From: Nemertoderma westbladi
Taxonomy: Eukaryota > Animalia > Xenacoelomorpha
NCBI GenBank assembly: GCA_032718475.1
Contig: JAUCBJ010001713.1
Span: 7,891 to 71,890 of the forward strand
Direction: 5' to 3'
DNA: 64,000 bases
In this document: piece after piece, positions 13,425 through 26,718 of the stretch
Numbering within the stretch: the stretch's first letter is position 1
Layout of the letters: every line of letters begins with the position of its first letter
Translations under genes and position numbers: made by a program
Notes under the pieces: generated by a model
What the model was told of the DNA's origin: nothing
Seen by the model: only the letters and a program-made list of their open reading frames with translations
Database searches by the model: none

Positions 13425-15067
13425 GGGGCGAGCCACGAAGTGAGTGAGCCTTAGCGTAGGGGTACCATTAATCAACCTGTGGGGCGAGCCACAAAGTGTG
13501 TGCGCCTTAGCGTAGGGGTACCATTAATCAACCTGTCGTTCTGTCGCGTTTTTTTTTCAGTATTTTATTTTAAACGTTAATAACTCGGCCAATCCTTGAT
13601 GAAATCTATCCAAACTTGGTACACATGTTGTTTGGCAAAAGTTTGAAAATTTTCCAAGTAGAATTTGCGTGGGGCCTTCGTGCAGCATCAGTGTAACTGC
13701 TATCGCAGTTATAATAAATTTATTTATCCAAATTTAAAATGCGTTAAATTATTATTACTGTAGGATAAATCAGCTGGGTTTCTGACAAATTTTGCAATAC
13801 ATTGGGGCTGTCTGCCAATCTGCATGTACCATGTGTACCGGTACTGTCAGGCTGTACTCAATCCCTGAATCGAGAATCCTGCAATCAGTCAATACTGCAA
13901 TACTGGTCAGCCGGTATCATACACTGCAGACATGCCATATCATGTAATCTAATTAAACATGGCCCCGGCAACCCTTGCCGGGGCATTCATTATAGTTTAG
14001 GCCTAATTAGCCCAGTACGGGCACCGGTAATAATAATATAATAGTTTAGATAGTTACCGCTAATCATTCAGTCATTGGCACGGTACACCGTATTGCTGTA
14101 CTGCCGTTGTAGTGCGCACCGTAGGTACCACCCTACTACCGGTACCGGCTGACCGGTGGCAACTAGCACTTGCACAGCAACAGCACTACCGGCGATACAC
14201 AGGTTGGAATTTATGTAGAGTTTGCTCAACAGTACAGATATAAAATAGTTATCTAAATTATATATATTACTATTGACAAGTATTGAAATATATACCGTTA
14301 TTCGTGTTATCAGTATTTGCAACATCTGACATTGGAGAGGTGAGAGAAGATGAATACCGGCACTCATCAAAACCAACGCTTATCACAGGTCGGTATGGTT
14401 ACCGCGACTGTCCACTCGAATACAACTTCAAAACACAAACGCCAACAATAAACTGAAAGCGAATCGAACGTCTTCAGAAGAATCTGTCATTGGGACGAAG
14501 AAAAGGAAGCCGAAACCACGGGAATGGACCACAGCTAAGATTGAATGCTCCCATTGTCAGAGTTCCTGGACCGAAATTGAAACACCAATTGCCGATGGGC
14601 TTGATCTCTCAAACCAAAACTTCCTCTGCGGGGTTTGCGCGGCAGTGAAGATTGAAAGTCTGGAAGCTGGCATCCCTAGGTATTATTATTATAAAGAGCG
14701 TCAGCCTGCGTTTAATAAATATATTTTAATACAAAACAGGTCGAACGCAAAGAGGCTTATAATGAAGACGAGTACTGCATTGATTATATTCCTATAAACC
14801 ACCTGGCTTTGCATATTGAACGTGCGTTTGGAAATAACTTCGTGCTACCCTTCCGTGAGTGGTAGATGTCGCGGTTATGTATTGGTACGGGTGGGGGGAG
14901 GGGGGGGGGGGGTGCAGATTAAAAGGGGTGAACACGTACTGTCCCCCTTTCTTTGATTAATTGGTGGTGTGGGTTAATCTCTCATAACCTGATTTTGTGA
15001 TACAGTCGCACAATTTTAATTTGTATCTCATAACTGGGCCTCGTGCTGCGCGGAGGCCTCACGAACG
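13425..15067 (-). mobile_element. ACA-family TIR-less element inserted into the LINE ORF2
   Basis: Flanked by TGT (13422-24 and 15068-70). Removing the insert plus one TGT restores LINE codons N-Y-R-P-V. Subterminal inverted motif at 13668-13687 / 15044-15063; 56-bp tandem duplication at the left end. Confidence 0.8.
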
Positions 15068-15650
15068 TGTAATTACAGGGTTCTACTTTACTATTCTTTT
15101 TATACAGAGAAACAACCTTAGCTAATTTCAGTTCGTCTGGTACTACATTATCTACGATAGAGTAATTAATAATAAAAGTAATGGGCACTTTAAGTACTTC
15201 AGCACCATCCTTAAGAAAACGGGCAGGTATTAGGTCTAGACCGGTACTTTTTGAGGCTGATAGGCTAAGTAGATTTTGAAAAACGAAATCCTCAGAAACG
15301 GGTTTTAAAAATAACTTTTCTGAATTTTGTAACTTTTCTAAATAAAAATTATTTAGAGTTTCGGACCCTATACTATATTTATTACTTGATAACGGTAACT
15401 TCTTAACTAAATTAGAGGCAACATTAGTAAAATAATTATTAAATAAATTACTAACTAGAGTATGATCATGAATCAGCTCACCGTTATCTTGCAGAACAAT
15501 ATTCGATTTAGATTTAAGGTTTTTATAACCTAAAGATTTTAGGGTAGACCATAGACTTTTAGGATTATCTTTATTCTCACTTATTTTGTTCTACAAATAT
15601 TCAGATTTAGCTTTTTTTATTTCCCGTTGGACAAGGTTTCTATATTTTGC
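15068..15650 (-). mobile_element. Same CR1/L2-type LINE, pre-RT part of ORF2
   Basis: Open frame ...KSTGLDLIPARFLKDGAEVLKVPITFIINYSI...KLAKVVSLYKKNSKVEPCNY continues in frame into 13424. Confidence 0.85.
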
Positions 15651-18530
15651 CTGCGTGTCTGTTTGTCTAACTAGCGGTCTGCGTGTCTGTTTGTCTATCT
15701 ATCGGTCTGTTTGTCTATCTATCGGTCTGCGTGTCTGTTTGTCTATCTATCGGTCTGTTTGTCTATCTATCGGTCTGCGTGTCTGTTTGTCTATCTATCT
15801 GTCTGCGTGTCTGTTTGTCTATCTATCGGTCTGCGTGTCTGTTTGTCTATCTATCGGTCTGTTTGTCTATCTATCGGTCTGCGTGTCTGTTTGTCTATCT
15901 ATCGGTCTGTTTGTCTATCTATCGGTCTGCGTGTCTGTTTGTCTATCTATCGGTCTGTTTGTCTATCTATCGGTCTGTTTGTCTATCTATCGGTCTGTTT
16001 GTCTATCTATCGGTCTGCGTGTCTGTTTGTCTATCTATCGGTCTGTTTGTCTATCTATCGGTCTGTTTGTCTATCTATCAGTCTGCGTGTCTGTTTGTCT
16101 ATATCGGTCTGCGTGTCTGTTTGTCTATCTATCTGTCTGCGTGTCTGTTTGTCTATCTATCGGTCTGCGTGTCTGTTTGTCTATCTATCGGTCTGTTTGT
16201 CTATCTATCGGTCTGCGTGTCTGTTTGTCTATCTATCGGTCTGCGTGTCTGTTTGTCTATCTATCGGTCTGCGTGTCTGTTTGTCTATCTATCGGTCTGT
16301 TTGTCTATCTATCGGTCTGCGTGTCTGTTTGTCTATCTATCGGTCTGCGTGTCTGTTTGTCTATCTATCGGTCTGCGTGTCTGTTTGTCTATCTATCGGT
16401 CTGTTTGTCTATCTATCGGTCTGTTTGTCTATCTGTCGGTCTGCGTGTCTGTTTGTCTATCTATCGGTCTGTTTGTCTATCTATCGGTCTGCGTCTCTGT
16501 TTGTCTATCTAACGGTCTGCGTGACTGTTGGTCTATCTATCGGTCTGTTTGTCTATCTATTGGTCTGTTTGTCTATGTATCGGTCTGTTTGTCTATCTAT
16601 CGGTCTGTTTGTCTATCTATCGGTCTGCGTGTCTGTTTGTCTATCTATCGGTCTGTTTGTCTATCTATCGGTCTGCGTGTCTGTTTGTCTATCTATCGGT
16701 GTGCGTGTCTATTTGTCTATCTATCGGTCTGTTTGTCTATCTATTGGTCTGTTTGTCTATCTATCGGTCTGTTTGTCTATCTATCGGTCTGTTTGTCTAT
16801 CTATCGGTCTGCGTGTCTGTTTGTCTATCTATCGGTCTGTTTGTCTATCTATCGGTCTGTGTGTCTGTTTGTCTATCTATCGGTCTGTTTGTCTATCTAT
16901 CGGTCTGTTTGTCTATCTATCAGTCTGTTTGTCTATCTATCGGTCTGTTTGTCTATCTATCGGTCTGCGTCTCTGTTTGTCTATCTAACGGTCTGCGTGA
17001 CTGTTTGTCTATCTATCGGTCTGTTTGTCTATCTATCGGTCTGTTTGTCTATCTATCGGTCTGCGTGTCTGTTTGTCTATCTATCGGTCTGTTTGTCTAT
17101 CTATCGGTCTGGTGTCTGTTTGTCTATCTAACGGTCTGCGTGTCTGTTTGTCTATCTATCGGTCTGTTTGTCTATCTATCGGTCTGCGTGTCTGTTTGTC
17201 TATCTCTCGGTCTGTTTGTCTATCTTTCGGTCTGTTTGTCTATCTATCGGTCTGCGTGTCTGTTTGTCTATCTATCGGTCTGCGTGTCTGTTTGTCTATC
17301 TATCGGTCTGTGTGTCTGTTTGTCTATCTATCGGTCTGCGTGTCTGTTTGTCTATCTATCGGTCTGTGTGTCTATCTATCGGTCTGCGTGTCTGTTTGTC
17401 TATCTATCGGTCTGCGTGTCTGTTTGTCTATCTATCGGTCTGCGTGTCCTTTTTGTCTATCTATCGGTCTGCGTGTCCTTTTTGTCTATCTATCGGTCTG
17501 TTTGTCTATCTATCGGTCTGTTTGTCTATCTATCGGTCTGTGTGTCTGTTTGTCTATCTATCGGTCTGCGTGTCTGTTTGTCTATCTATCGGTCTGCGTG
17601 TCTGTTTGTCTATCTATCTGTCTGCGTGTCTGTTTGTCTATCTATCGGTCTCCGTGTCTGTTTGTCTATCTATCGGTCTGTTTGTCTATCTATCGGTCTG
17701 CGTGTCTGTTTGTCTATCTATCTATCTATCGGTATGCGTGTCTGTTTGTCTATCTATCGGTGTGCGTGTCTATTTGTCTATCTATCGGTCTGTTTGTCTA
17801 TCTATTGGTCTGTTTGTCTATCTATCGGTCTGTTTGTCTATCTATCGGTCTGCGTGTCTGTTTGTCCATCTATCGGTCTGCGTGTCTGTTTGTCTATCTA
17901 TCGGTCTGTTTGTCTATCTATCGGTCTGTTTGTCTATCTATCGGTCTGTTTGTCTATCTATCGGTCTGCGTGTCTGTTTGTCTATCTATCGGTCTGCGTG
18001 TCTGTTTGTCTATCTATCGGTCTGCGTGTCTGTTTGTCTATCTATCGGTCTGCGTGTCTGTTTGTCTATCTATCGGTCTGTTTGTCTATCTATCGGTCTG
18101 CGTGTCTGTGTTTCTATCTATCGGTCTGCGTGTCTGTTTGTCTATCTATCGGTCTGCGTGTCTGTTTGTCTATCTATCGGTCTGTTTGTCCATCTATCGG
18201 TCTGAGTGTCTGTTTGTCTATCTATCGGTCTGCGTGTCTGTTTGTCTATCTATCGGTCGGTTTGTCTATCTATCGGTGTGCGTGTCTATTTGTCTATCTA
18301 TCGATCTGTTTGTCTATCTATCGGTCTGCGTGTCTGTTTGTCTATCTATCGGTCTGCGTGTCTGTTTGTCTATCTATCGGTCTGCGTGTCTGTTTGTCTA
18401 TATCGGTATGCGTGTCTGTTTATCTATCTATCTGTCTGCGTGTCTGTTTGTCTATCTATCGGTCTGCGTGTCTGTTTGTCTATCTCTCGGTCTGTTTGTC
18501 TATCTATCGGTCTGTTTGTCTATCTATCGG
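15651..18530. repeat. Minisatellite array 1 (interspersed 20- and 28-bp GTCT/ATCT units)
   Basis: Direct inspection; source of the spurious SVCLSIGL/RSACLFVYL ORFs in all three + frames. Confidence 0.95.
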
Positions 18531-19916
18531 TGTTCGCTAACGCCGCAAAGATACGCACTTATTTTTCTTTGTTTTTGAATATGATCATGTTTATGTACTA
18601 TTCCGTCTTTATTTCCTTTTACCCATTTATTATTATTATTACCGCACGTTTATTTGCTAATTATCTCTTTCGTATTTATCCCAGTATCACTTTCATTGAT
18701 CTTTCATTTGTTCTATAATTGTTTACACTACTTTCGTATTACTTTGTTTCCGTTATTTCACATATTTTACCTTTACATAATCACTTTTACATACTTACCC
18801 TGACCCGTGCTTGTTCCGTCTCCCAGAAAGTAATTTTGTAAGTAATTCAAATAGTCCTTAATTAACAAACATTATAGTGATATTTTTTGATTTGAAAGCT
18901 GTCATTGATAAAACTTCAGTCTAGATTTGTTTCTTTTTGGAATATTTTACACCTTTGTACTATACCTTTCATTCTTGCTGATCTAAATGTTCGAACCTTT
19001 ATTTGATTCTCGGCCAATTTAATAAATAATAGCGTAGATATCATCCCTTGACCCTGAGACGCTTGACGACGTCCGGCAGTCTTGTGGTTTTCATAAGTAG
19101 GCTGCCCGTGATCCCCTTACAAGGCTCTCGGCGGGCTAGCTGACCATTATACAGTATATTAGTATCTCATCAATCATTTCTCAGTAGGCTGCCTGTGATC
19201 CCCTAACAAGGCTCTCGGCGGGTTGGCTGACCATATCACACATCAAATTAATATTTCATTTGGGCGAGAGTCAGATATTGGTTCGTGTACATTTCTGACA
19301 GCGAAGATCACCCCCTCTCTATCCATCCACATTGTAAATTAATTAATACATCACTGCTCTAACCAATCAAAATAGAGATTCACTTCACACCTTTTCCAAT
19401 GATAAACACAATCTAGCTTTCCTGATTGACCTCTCAATTATCCCCATCCCAAGTAATTCAGCTTTCAATCTCTTTAAATATCAAATTGCTCTTCATTCTA
19501 TGACTTTTTATATTTCTGGGTGACGCACAAGATTTTTTACCGCTCTACAACCGTTCATCTCATTTATGTCGGTTATATATCCGTTCAATTTACCGCTCCA
19601 CAACTTTGCTTTATTTCTTTTCGAATCTTCTTTACTTTTCCCCTATTTTTTGATCGTTTCCTTGATCGATTGTACATTATTATTCTCCAATGTCCTTTTG
19701 TTTATGCGTATCATTTCGACGTTCAAAAACTATTTCAAATAGAAACAATACTGCAGTTTACGCCAAAATAATAAATTACATTTCATTTGCAACTATTTCT
19801 TTTTGTCTCACTTCAAATACATTAATAAATAACCAGATTTATAATTCCTTCCTTTTTTTTGAGCGTGTTAATATAATGAAAATTTAGCGTCACCTTGAGT
19901 ATTAGTACACGCACAA
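18531..19916 (-). mobile_element. Degenerate LINE 5' part (ORF1-like remnant)
   Basis: Minus strand near 19510-19460 reads IKSHRMKSNLIFKEIE, resembling the RSMRxNLIFxGI motif of LINE ORF1; stops present. Confidence 0.4.
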
Positions 19917-20860
19917 TCGGTCTGCGTGTCTGTTTGTCTATCTATCGGTCTGCGTGTCTGTTTGTCTATCTATCGGTCTGCGTGTCTGTTTGTCTATTTA
20001 TCGGTCTGCGTGTCTGTTTGTCTATCTATCGGTCTGCGTGTCTGTTTGTCTATCTATCGGTCTGCGTGTCTGTTTGTCTATTTATCGGTCTGCGTGTCTG
20101 TTTGTCTATCTATCGGTCTGCGTGTCTGTTTGTCTGTGTATCGATCTGCGTGTCTGTTTGTCTATCTATCGGTCTGCGTGTCTGTTTGTCTATCTATCGG
20201 TCTGTTTGTCTATCTATCGGTCTATCTATCTATCTATCGGTCTGCGTGTCTGTTTGTCTATCTATCGGTCTGCGTGTCTGTTTGTCTATGTATCGGTCTG
20301 CGTGTCTGTTTGTCTATCTATCGGTCTGCGTGTCTGTTTGTCTATCTATCGGTCTGCGTGTCTGTTTGTCCATGTATCGGTCTGCGTGTCTGTTTTTCTA
20401 TCTATCGGTCTGCATGTCTGTTTGTCTATCTTTCGGTCTGTTTGACTATCTATCGGTCTGCGTGTCTGTTTGTCTATCTATCAGTCTGCGTGTCTGTTTG
20501 TCTATATCGGTATGCGTGTCTGTTTGTCTATCTATCGGTCTGCGTGTCTGTTTGTCTATCTATCGGTCTGCGTGTCTGTTTGTCTATCTATCAGTCTGCG
20601 TGTCTGTTTGTCTATCTATCAGTCTGCGTGTCTGTTTGTCTAACTATCGGTCTGCGTGTCTGTTTGTCTATCTATCGCTCTGCGTGTCTGTTTGTCTATC
20701 TATCGGTCTGTTTGTGTACACGGTCTGCGTGTCTGTTTGTCTATCTATCGGTCTGTTTGTCTATATATCGGTCTGCGTGTCTGTTTGTCTATCTATCGGT
20801 CTGTTTGTCTATCTATCGGTCTGCGTGTCTGTTTGTCTATCTATCGGTCTGCGTGTCTGT
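19917..20860. repeat. Minisatellite array 2
   Basis: Same 20/28-bp units. Confidence 0.95.
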
Positions 20861-23144
20861 TGGTCTCACTGTCGCATATTATTAATTCAAATTTAATATA
20901 ATCAAATAAATCCCTTAAAATAATAATATAAATTAATCCCTTCCATTATTGATATCTAAGAACACAGTTTCAAATCCAAATGCGATTTATAAACCAGTTT
21001 CTTGTCCATTGAAATTGAAAGCAAATTGAAGACTCATTGGTTCTGAAAAGGTTATTTAACAACCAATTAATTATATTAATATAAATTATACTATATTTAA
21101 TACAAATATATTTTTATAATAATATATAATAGTGAACTACATAATATAAACCCAATTAAAGTTAATCAAATATACAGTACACAAGCACAGAAGGACACAG
21201 ATACAGAGCGTGCCAAATTAATATTATATATATTTATATAATGCTACAGGCGTCAACCTGCCAATCACCACATCCTCTGAGGATGAGTCACGGCGGTTCT
21301 ACCACGCACAACTACCCGTTAGTGGTTAGTAGTAGACCTAGTGGTGGGGTGAGGGGGGGGGGTGTTTAATGGTTAGTAGTAGAAGTATACGTAGATGTAG
21401 TGATAGATGGGGGGGGGGGGGGAGGGGGTTGTTTAACGCGGTTAGTACTGTAGTAGTAGACGTAGTGCGATAGAGGATGGGGAGGGGGTAATTTAATGGT
21501 TAGTAGTAGACATAGTGATAGAGGGTGAGGGGTGGGGTTATTAACAGTTAGTAGTATAGGGGGGGGGGGGGGGGGGGGGTGTTTTGTTTAACAGTTAGTA
21601 GTAGAATAGTGATAGGGAGTGGGGGTGTTTGTTAATATGAGGCATGTTTTCTCTGATCGTAATGGTTGTTATCAGGTTAAATGTGTAACCTCTATCTCAT
21701 ATATTGCTCTCGTCATTATTGGTTCATTTTGTATAAGTTAGTGGGATAGTTGGTCTGTTGCCTGTAGGGGTTGACAGTATTTGATATTGATGACTCATAT
21801 TCTGAAGGACTAATAATGCTGCCAGGCTAATCCTAAGGTCGGTTATGAGTGTTTCATTAATATTGTAGGAATGGGAGCATTGCGTGGTGGTTGGAAGGTC
21901 TGTAATTCGAGAGTCACTGGTGTTTGTTTATTATAGTCCATTAGCTGGAGTCATAAATCAACAGTTGACATGTTTATTCGTTTTAAAAAATTTCCCATAG
22001 ATGTTGTTGGTTTGTTCTTGGTGAATATTCAATATAACAGGGGTATAAATTTATCTCCATAATTCTATCTTATAACAGAGGTATAAAATCGCGCTTTATC
22101 AATAAGATGATAGCAAATGGGGTATCTTTGGGTTGTTGATATCATTATAAATGTAATGAAAAGGCAGTGGTGGTGTGACATTGATTTTTGATGTGGTATA
22201 GTGAGATGTATTGGTAATCTGTTAATTGGTAGGGGAATAGTGTTTAGATGGATTGTTTTGTTGTGTATTTAGGAGAGATATTGTCCGTTATCATTATAGG
22301 TATAGAACCTTTATTAAATAGTAATAGTATTTATTACTAACTAATCCAATTTTATTCTGTTTTTCTGAAGTTGGGACGGTAGTTTGAGCGTTTTAGAGAA
22401 AAAAGTGGAAGAATAGATTTAGTTGGAAATTTGTTAGTTGGGTAGTGCGCTATGCTGTATCTTACCCATAGGTGCCCAGCCCAACACCTACAGGGGGTAT
22501 TTAAGGAATACCCTACCCTGGGTTAGATGTCTCTAGTGTTGCCACTAAAAGTTGCGGAACCCTATACCGCATGGAAATTAAAATCCCTGAAAGTAAAAAA
22601 ATTGGTAAAATGGGATGAAAGGGCCTGAAAATATGTAAATTAATGAATTTGAAATATTTCTGAAAAATATACATGAAAAAGAAGTAAATATCAGCCATAT
22701 TAATTGCCAATTTGTTCGTTAGTTTATATCATGCTAGATGAATTACAATCCCAGTATTTGTTAGATTTGTACAGTACCAATTACTTTAATTTTTAACATG
22801 CATGAGTATGTAAGAGTATGTATTGACACTCGGCGAAATGATAGATGAGCATTGCAATTAATTTAGTAAAAGTTTTGAACAATATGTACAGTATTCCATT
22901 AAGTGAGATTATGACTGATATTCTCAGTAAATCATGCATTCGTCTTGCAAGCTTACCGCTTTAGTTGTATGATTCAACTTATCCTGTTTTTTTTTGTATT
23001 GGGTACAATCTTTCAGATCGTAGGTGTGGGTGGGTGTCGCGGTGTGGGGTAGGGTAGTGGGTTGGTGTATGTTGATTTTATGTTCATTTTCGTCAGAGAG
23101 CGAGAGTGGGAGAGGTGATGAGTTGGGGCAGTTCCGCGGCAATA
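20861..23144. repeat. Tandem segmental duplication, copy 1 (unique part; degenerate minus-strand LINE-like sequence with G-tract repeats)
   Basis: Near-identical to 24438-26718 (offset ~3577); an NYRP remnant on the minus strand near 21900. Confidence 0.9.
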
Positions 23145-23155
23145 TCCGTGTGCAA

Positions 23156-24437
23156 TATCGGTGTATCGATCTGCGTGTCTGTTTGTCTATCTATCGGTGT
23201 GCGTGTCTATTTGTCTATCTATCGATCTGTTTGTCTATCTATCGGTCTGCGTGTCTGTTTGTCTATCTATCGGTCTGCGTGTCTGTTTGTCTATCTATCG
23301 GTCTGCGTGTCTGTTTGTCTATATCGGTATGCGTGTCTGTTTATCTATCTATCTGTCTGCGTGTCTGTTTGTCTATCTATCGGTCTGCGTGTCTGTTTGT
23401 CTATCTCTCGGTCTGTTTGTCTATCTATCGGTCTGTTTGTCTATCTATCGGTCTGCGTGTCTGTTTGTCTATCTATCGGTCTGCGTGTCTGTTTGTCTAT
23501 CTATCGGTCTGCGTGTCTGTTTGTCTATTTATCGGTCTGCGTGTCTGTTTGTCTATCTATCGGTCTGCGTGTCTGTTTGTCTATCTATCGGTCTGCGTGT
23601 CTGTTTGTCTGTGTATCGATCTGCGTGTCTGTTTGTCTATCTATCGGTCTGCGTGTCTGTTTGTCTATCTATCGGTCTGTTTGTATATCTATCGGTCTAT
23701 CTATCTATCTATCGGTCTGCGTGTCTGTTTGTCTATCTATCGGTCTGCGTGTCTGTTTGTCTATGTATCGGTCTGCGTGTCTGTTTGTCTATCTATCGGT
23801 CTGCGTGTCTGTTTGTCTATCTATCGGTCTGCGTGTCTGTTTGTCCATGTATCGGTCTGCGTGTCTGTTTTTCTATCTATCGGTCTGCATGTCTGTTTGT
23901 CTATCTTTCGGTCTGTTTGACTATCTATCGGTCTGCGTGTCTGTTTGTCTATCTATCAGTCTGCGTGTCTGTTTGTCTATATCGGTATGCGTGTCTGTTT
24001 GTCTATCTATCGGTCTGCGTGTCTGTTTGTCTATATCGGTATGCGTGTCTGTTTGTCTATCTATCGGTCTGCGTGTCTGTTTGTCTATCTATCGGTCTGC
24101 GTGTCTGTTTGTCTATCTATCAGTCTGCGTGTCTGTTTGTCTATCTATCAGTCTGCGTGTCTGTTTGTCTAACTATCGGTCTGCGTGTCTGTTTGTCTAT
24201 CTATCGCTCTGCGTGTCTGTTTGTCTATCTATCGGTCTGTTTGTGTACACGGTCTGCGTGTCTGTTTGTCTATCTATCGGTCTGTTTGTCTATATATCGG
24301 TCTGCGTGTCTGTTTGTCTATCTATCGGTCTGTTTGTCTATCTATCGGTCTGCGTGTCTGTTTGTCTATCTATCGGTCTGTTTGTCTATCTATCGGTCTG
24401 CGTGTCTGTTTGTCTATCTATCGGTCTGCGTGTCTGT
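23156..24437. repeat. Minisatellite array 3 (chimera of the end of array 1 and array 2)
   Basis: Diagnostic variant units match 18260-18530 first, then 19917-20860. Confidence 0.9.
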
Positions 24438-26718
24438 TGGTCTCACTGTCGCATATTATTAATTCAAATTTAATATAATCAAATAAATCCCTTAAAATAA
24501 TAATATAAATTAATCCCTTCCATTATTGATATCTAAGAACACAGTTTCAAATCCAAATCCGATTTATAAACCAGTTTCTTGTCCATTGAAATTGAAAGCA
24601 AATTGAAGACTCATTGGTTCTGAAAAGGTTATTTAACAACCAATTAATTATATTAATATAAATTATACTATATTTAATACAAATATATTTTTATAATAAT
24701 ATATAATAGTGAACTACATAATATAAACCCAATTAAAGTTAATCAAATATACAGTACACAAGCACAGAAGGACACAGATACAGAGCGTGCCAAATTAATA
24801 TTATATATATTTATATAATGCTACAGGCGTCAACCTGCCAATCACCACATCCTCTGAGGATGAGTCACGGCGGTTCTACCACGCACAACTACCCGTTAGT
24901 GGTTAGTAGTAGACCTAGTGGTGGGGTGAGGGGGGGGGGTGTTTAATGGTTAGTAGTAGAAGTATACGTAGATGTAGTGATAGATGGGGGGGGGAGGGGG
25001 TTGTTTAACGCGGTTAGTACTGTAGTAGTAGACGTAGTGCGATAGAGGATGGGGAGGGGGTAATTTAATGGTTAGTTGTAGACATAGTGATAGAGGGTGA
25101 GGGGTGGGGTTATTAACAGTTAGTAGTATAGGGGGGGGGGGGGGGGGGGGGGGTGTTTTGTTTAACAGTTAGTAGTAGAATAGTGATAGGGAGTGGGGGT
25201 GTTTGTTAATATGAGGCATGTTTTCTCTGATCGTAATGGTTGTTATCAGGTTAAATGTGTAACCTCTATCTCATATATTGCTCTCGTCATTATTGGTTCA
25301 TTTTGTATAAGTTAGTGGGATAGTTGGTCTGTTGCCTGTAGGGGTTGACAGTATTTGATATTGATGACTCATATTCTGAAGGACTAATAATGCTGCCAGG
25401 CTAATCCTAAGGTCGGTTATGAGTGTTTCATTAATATTGTAGGAATGGGAGCATTGCGTGGTGGTTGGAAGGTCTGTAATTCGAGAGTCACTGGTGTTTG
25501 TTTATTATAGTCCATTAGCTGGAGTCATAAATCAACAGTTGGCATGTTTATTCGTTTTAAAAAATTTCCCATAGATGTTGTTGGTTTGTTCTTGGTGAAT
25601 ATTCAATATAACAGGGGTATAAATTTATCTCCATAATTCTATCTTATAACAGAGGTATAAAATCGCGCTTTATCAATAAGATGATAGCAAATGGGGTATC
25701 TTTGGGTTGTTGATATCATTATAAATGTAATGAAAAGGCAGTGGTGGTGTGACATTGATTTTTGATGTGGTATAGTGAGATGTATTGGTAATCTGTTAAT
25801 TGGTAGGGGAATAGTGTTTAGATGGATTGTTTTGTTGTGTATTTAGGAGAGATATTGTCCGTTATCATTATAGGTATAGAACCTTTATTAAATAGTAATA
25901 GTATTTATTACTAACTAATCCAATTTTATTCTGTTTTTCTGAAGTTGGGACGGTAGTTTGAGCGTTTTAGAGAAAAAAGTGGAAGAATAGATTTAGTTGG
26001 AAATTTGTTAGTTGGGTAGTGCGCTATGCTGTATCTTACCCATAGGTGCCCAGCCCAACACCTACAGGGGGTATTTAAGGAATACCCTACCCTGGGTTAG
26101 ATGTCTCTAGTGTTGCCACTAAAAGTTGCGGAACCCTATACCGCATGGAAATTAAAATCCCTGAAAGTAAAAAAATTGGTAAAATGGGATGAAAGGGCCT
26201 GAAAATATGTAAATTAATGAATTTGAAATATTTCTGAAAAATATACATGAAAAAGAAGTAAATATCAGCCATATTAATTGCCAATTTGTTCGTTAGTTTA
26301 TATCATGCTAGATGAATTACAATCCCAGTATTTGTTAGATTTGTACAGTACCAATTACTTTAATTTTTAACATGCATGAGTATGTAAGAGTATGTATTGA
26401 CACTCGGCGAAATGATAGATGAGCATTGCAATTAATTTAGTAAAAGTTTTGAACAATATGTACAGTATTCCATTAAGTGAGATTATGACTGATATTCTCA
26501 GTAAATCATGCATTCGTCTTGCAAGCTTACCGCTTTAGTTGTATGATTCAACTTATCCTGTTTTTTTTTGTATTGGGTACAATCTTTCAGATCGTAGGTG
26601 TGGGTGGGTGTCGCGGTGTGGGGTAGGGTAGTGGGTTGGTGTATGTTGATTTTATGTTCATTTTCGTCAGAGAGCGAGAGTGGGAGAGGTGATGAGTTGG
26701 GGCAGTTCCGCGGCAATA
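24438..26718. repeat. Tandem segmental duplication, copy 2
   Basis: Only a few substitutions and homopolymer length differences from 20861-23144. Confidence 0.9.

Noticed and set aside
15586-24478. Long + strand ORFs (up to 670 aa) of SVCLSIGL/RSACLFVYL repeats, also at 11440-11803
   Set aside because: Translations of a minisatellite that lacks stop codons in all three + frames; no evidence of coding function
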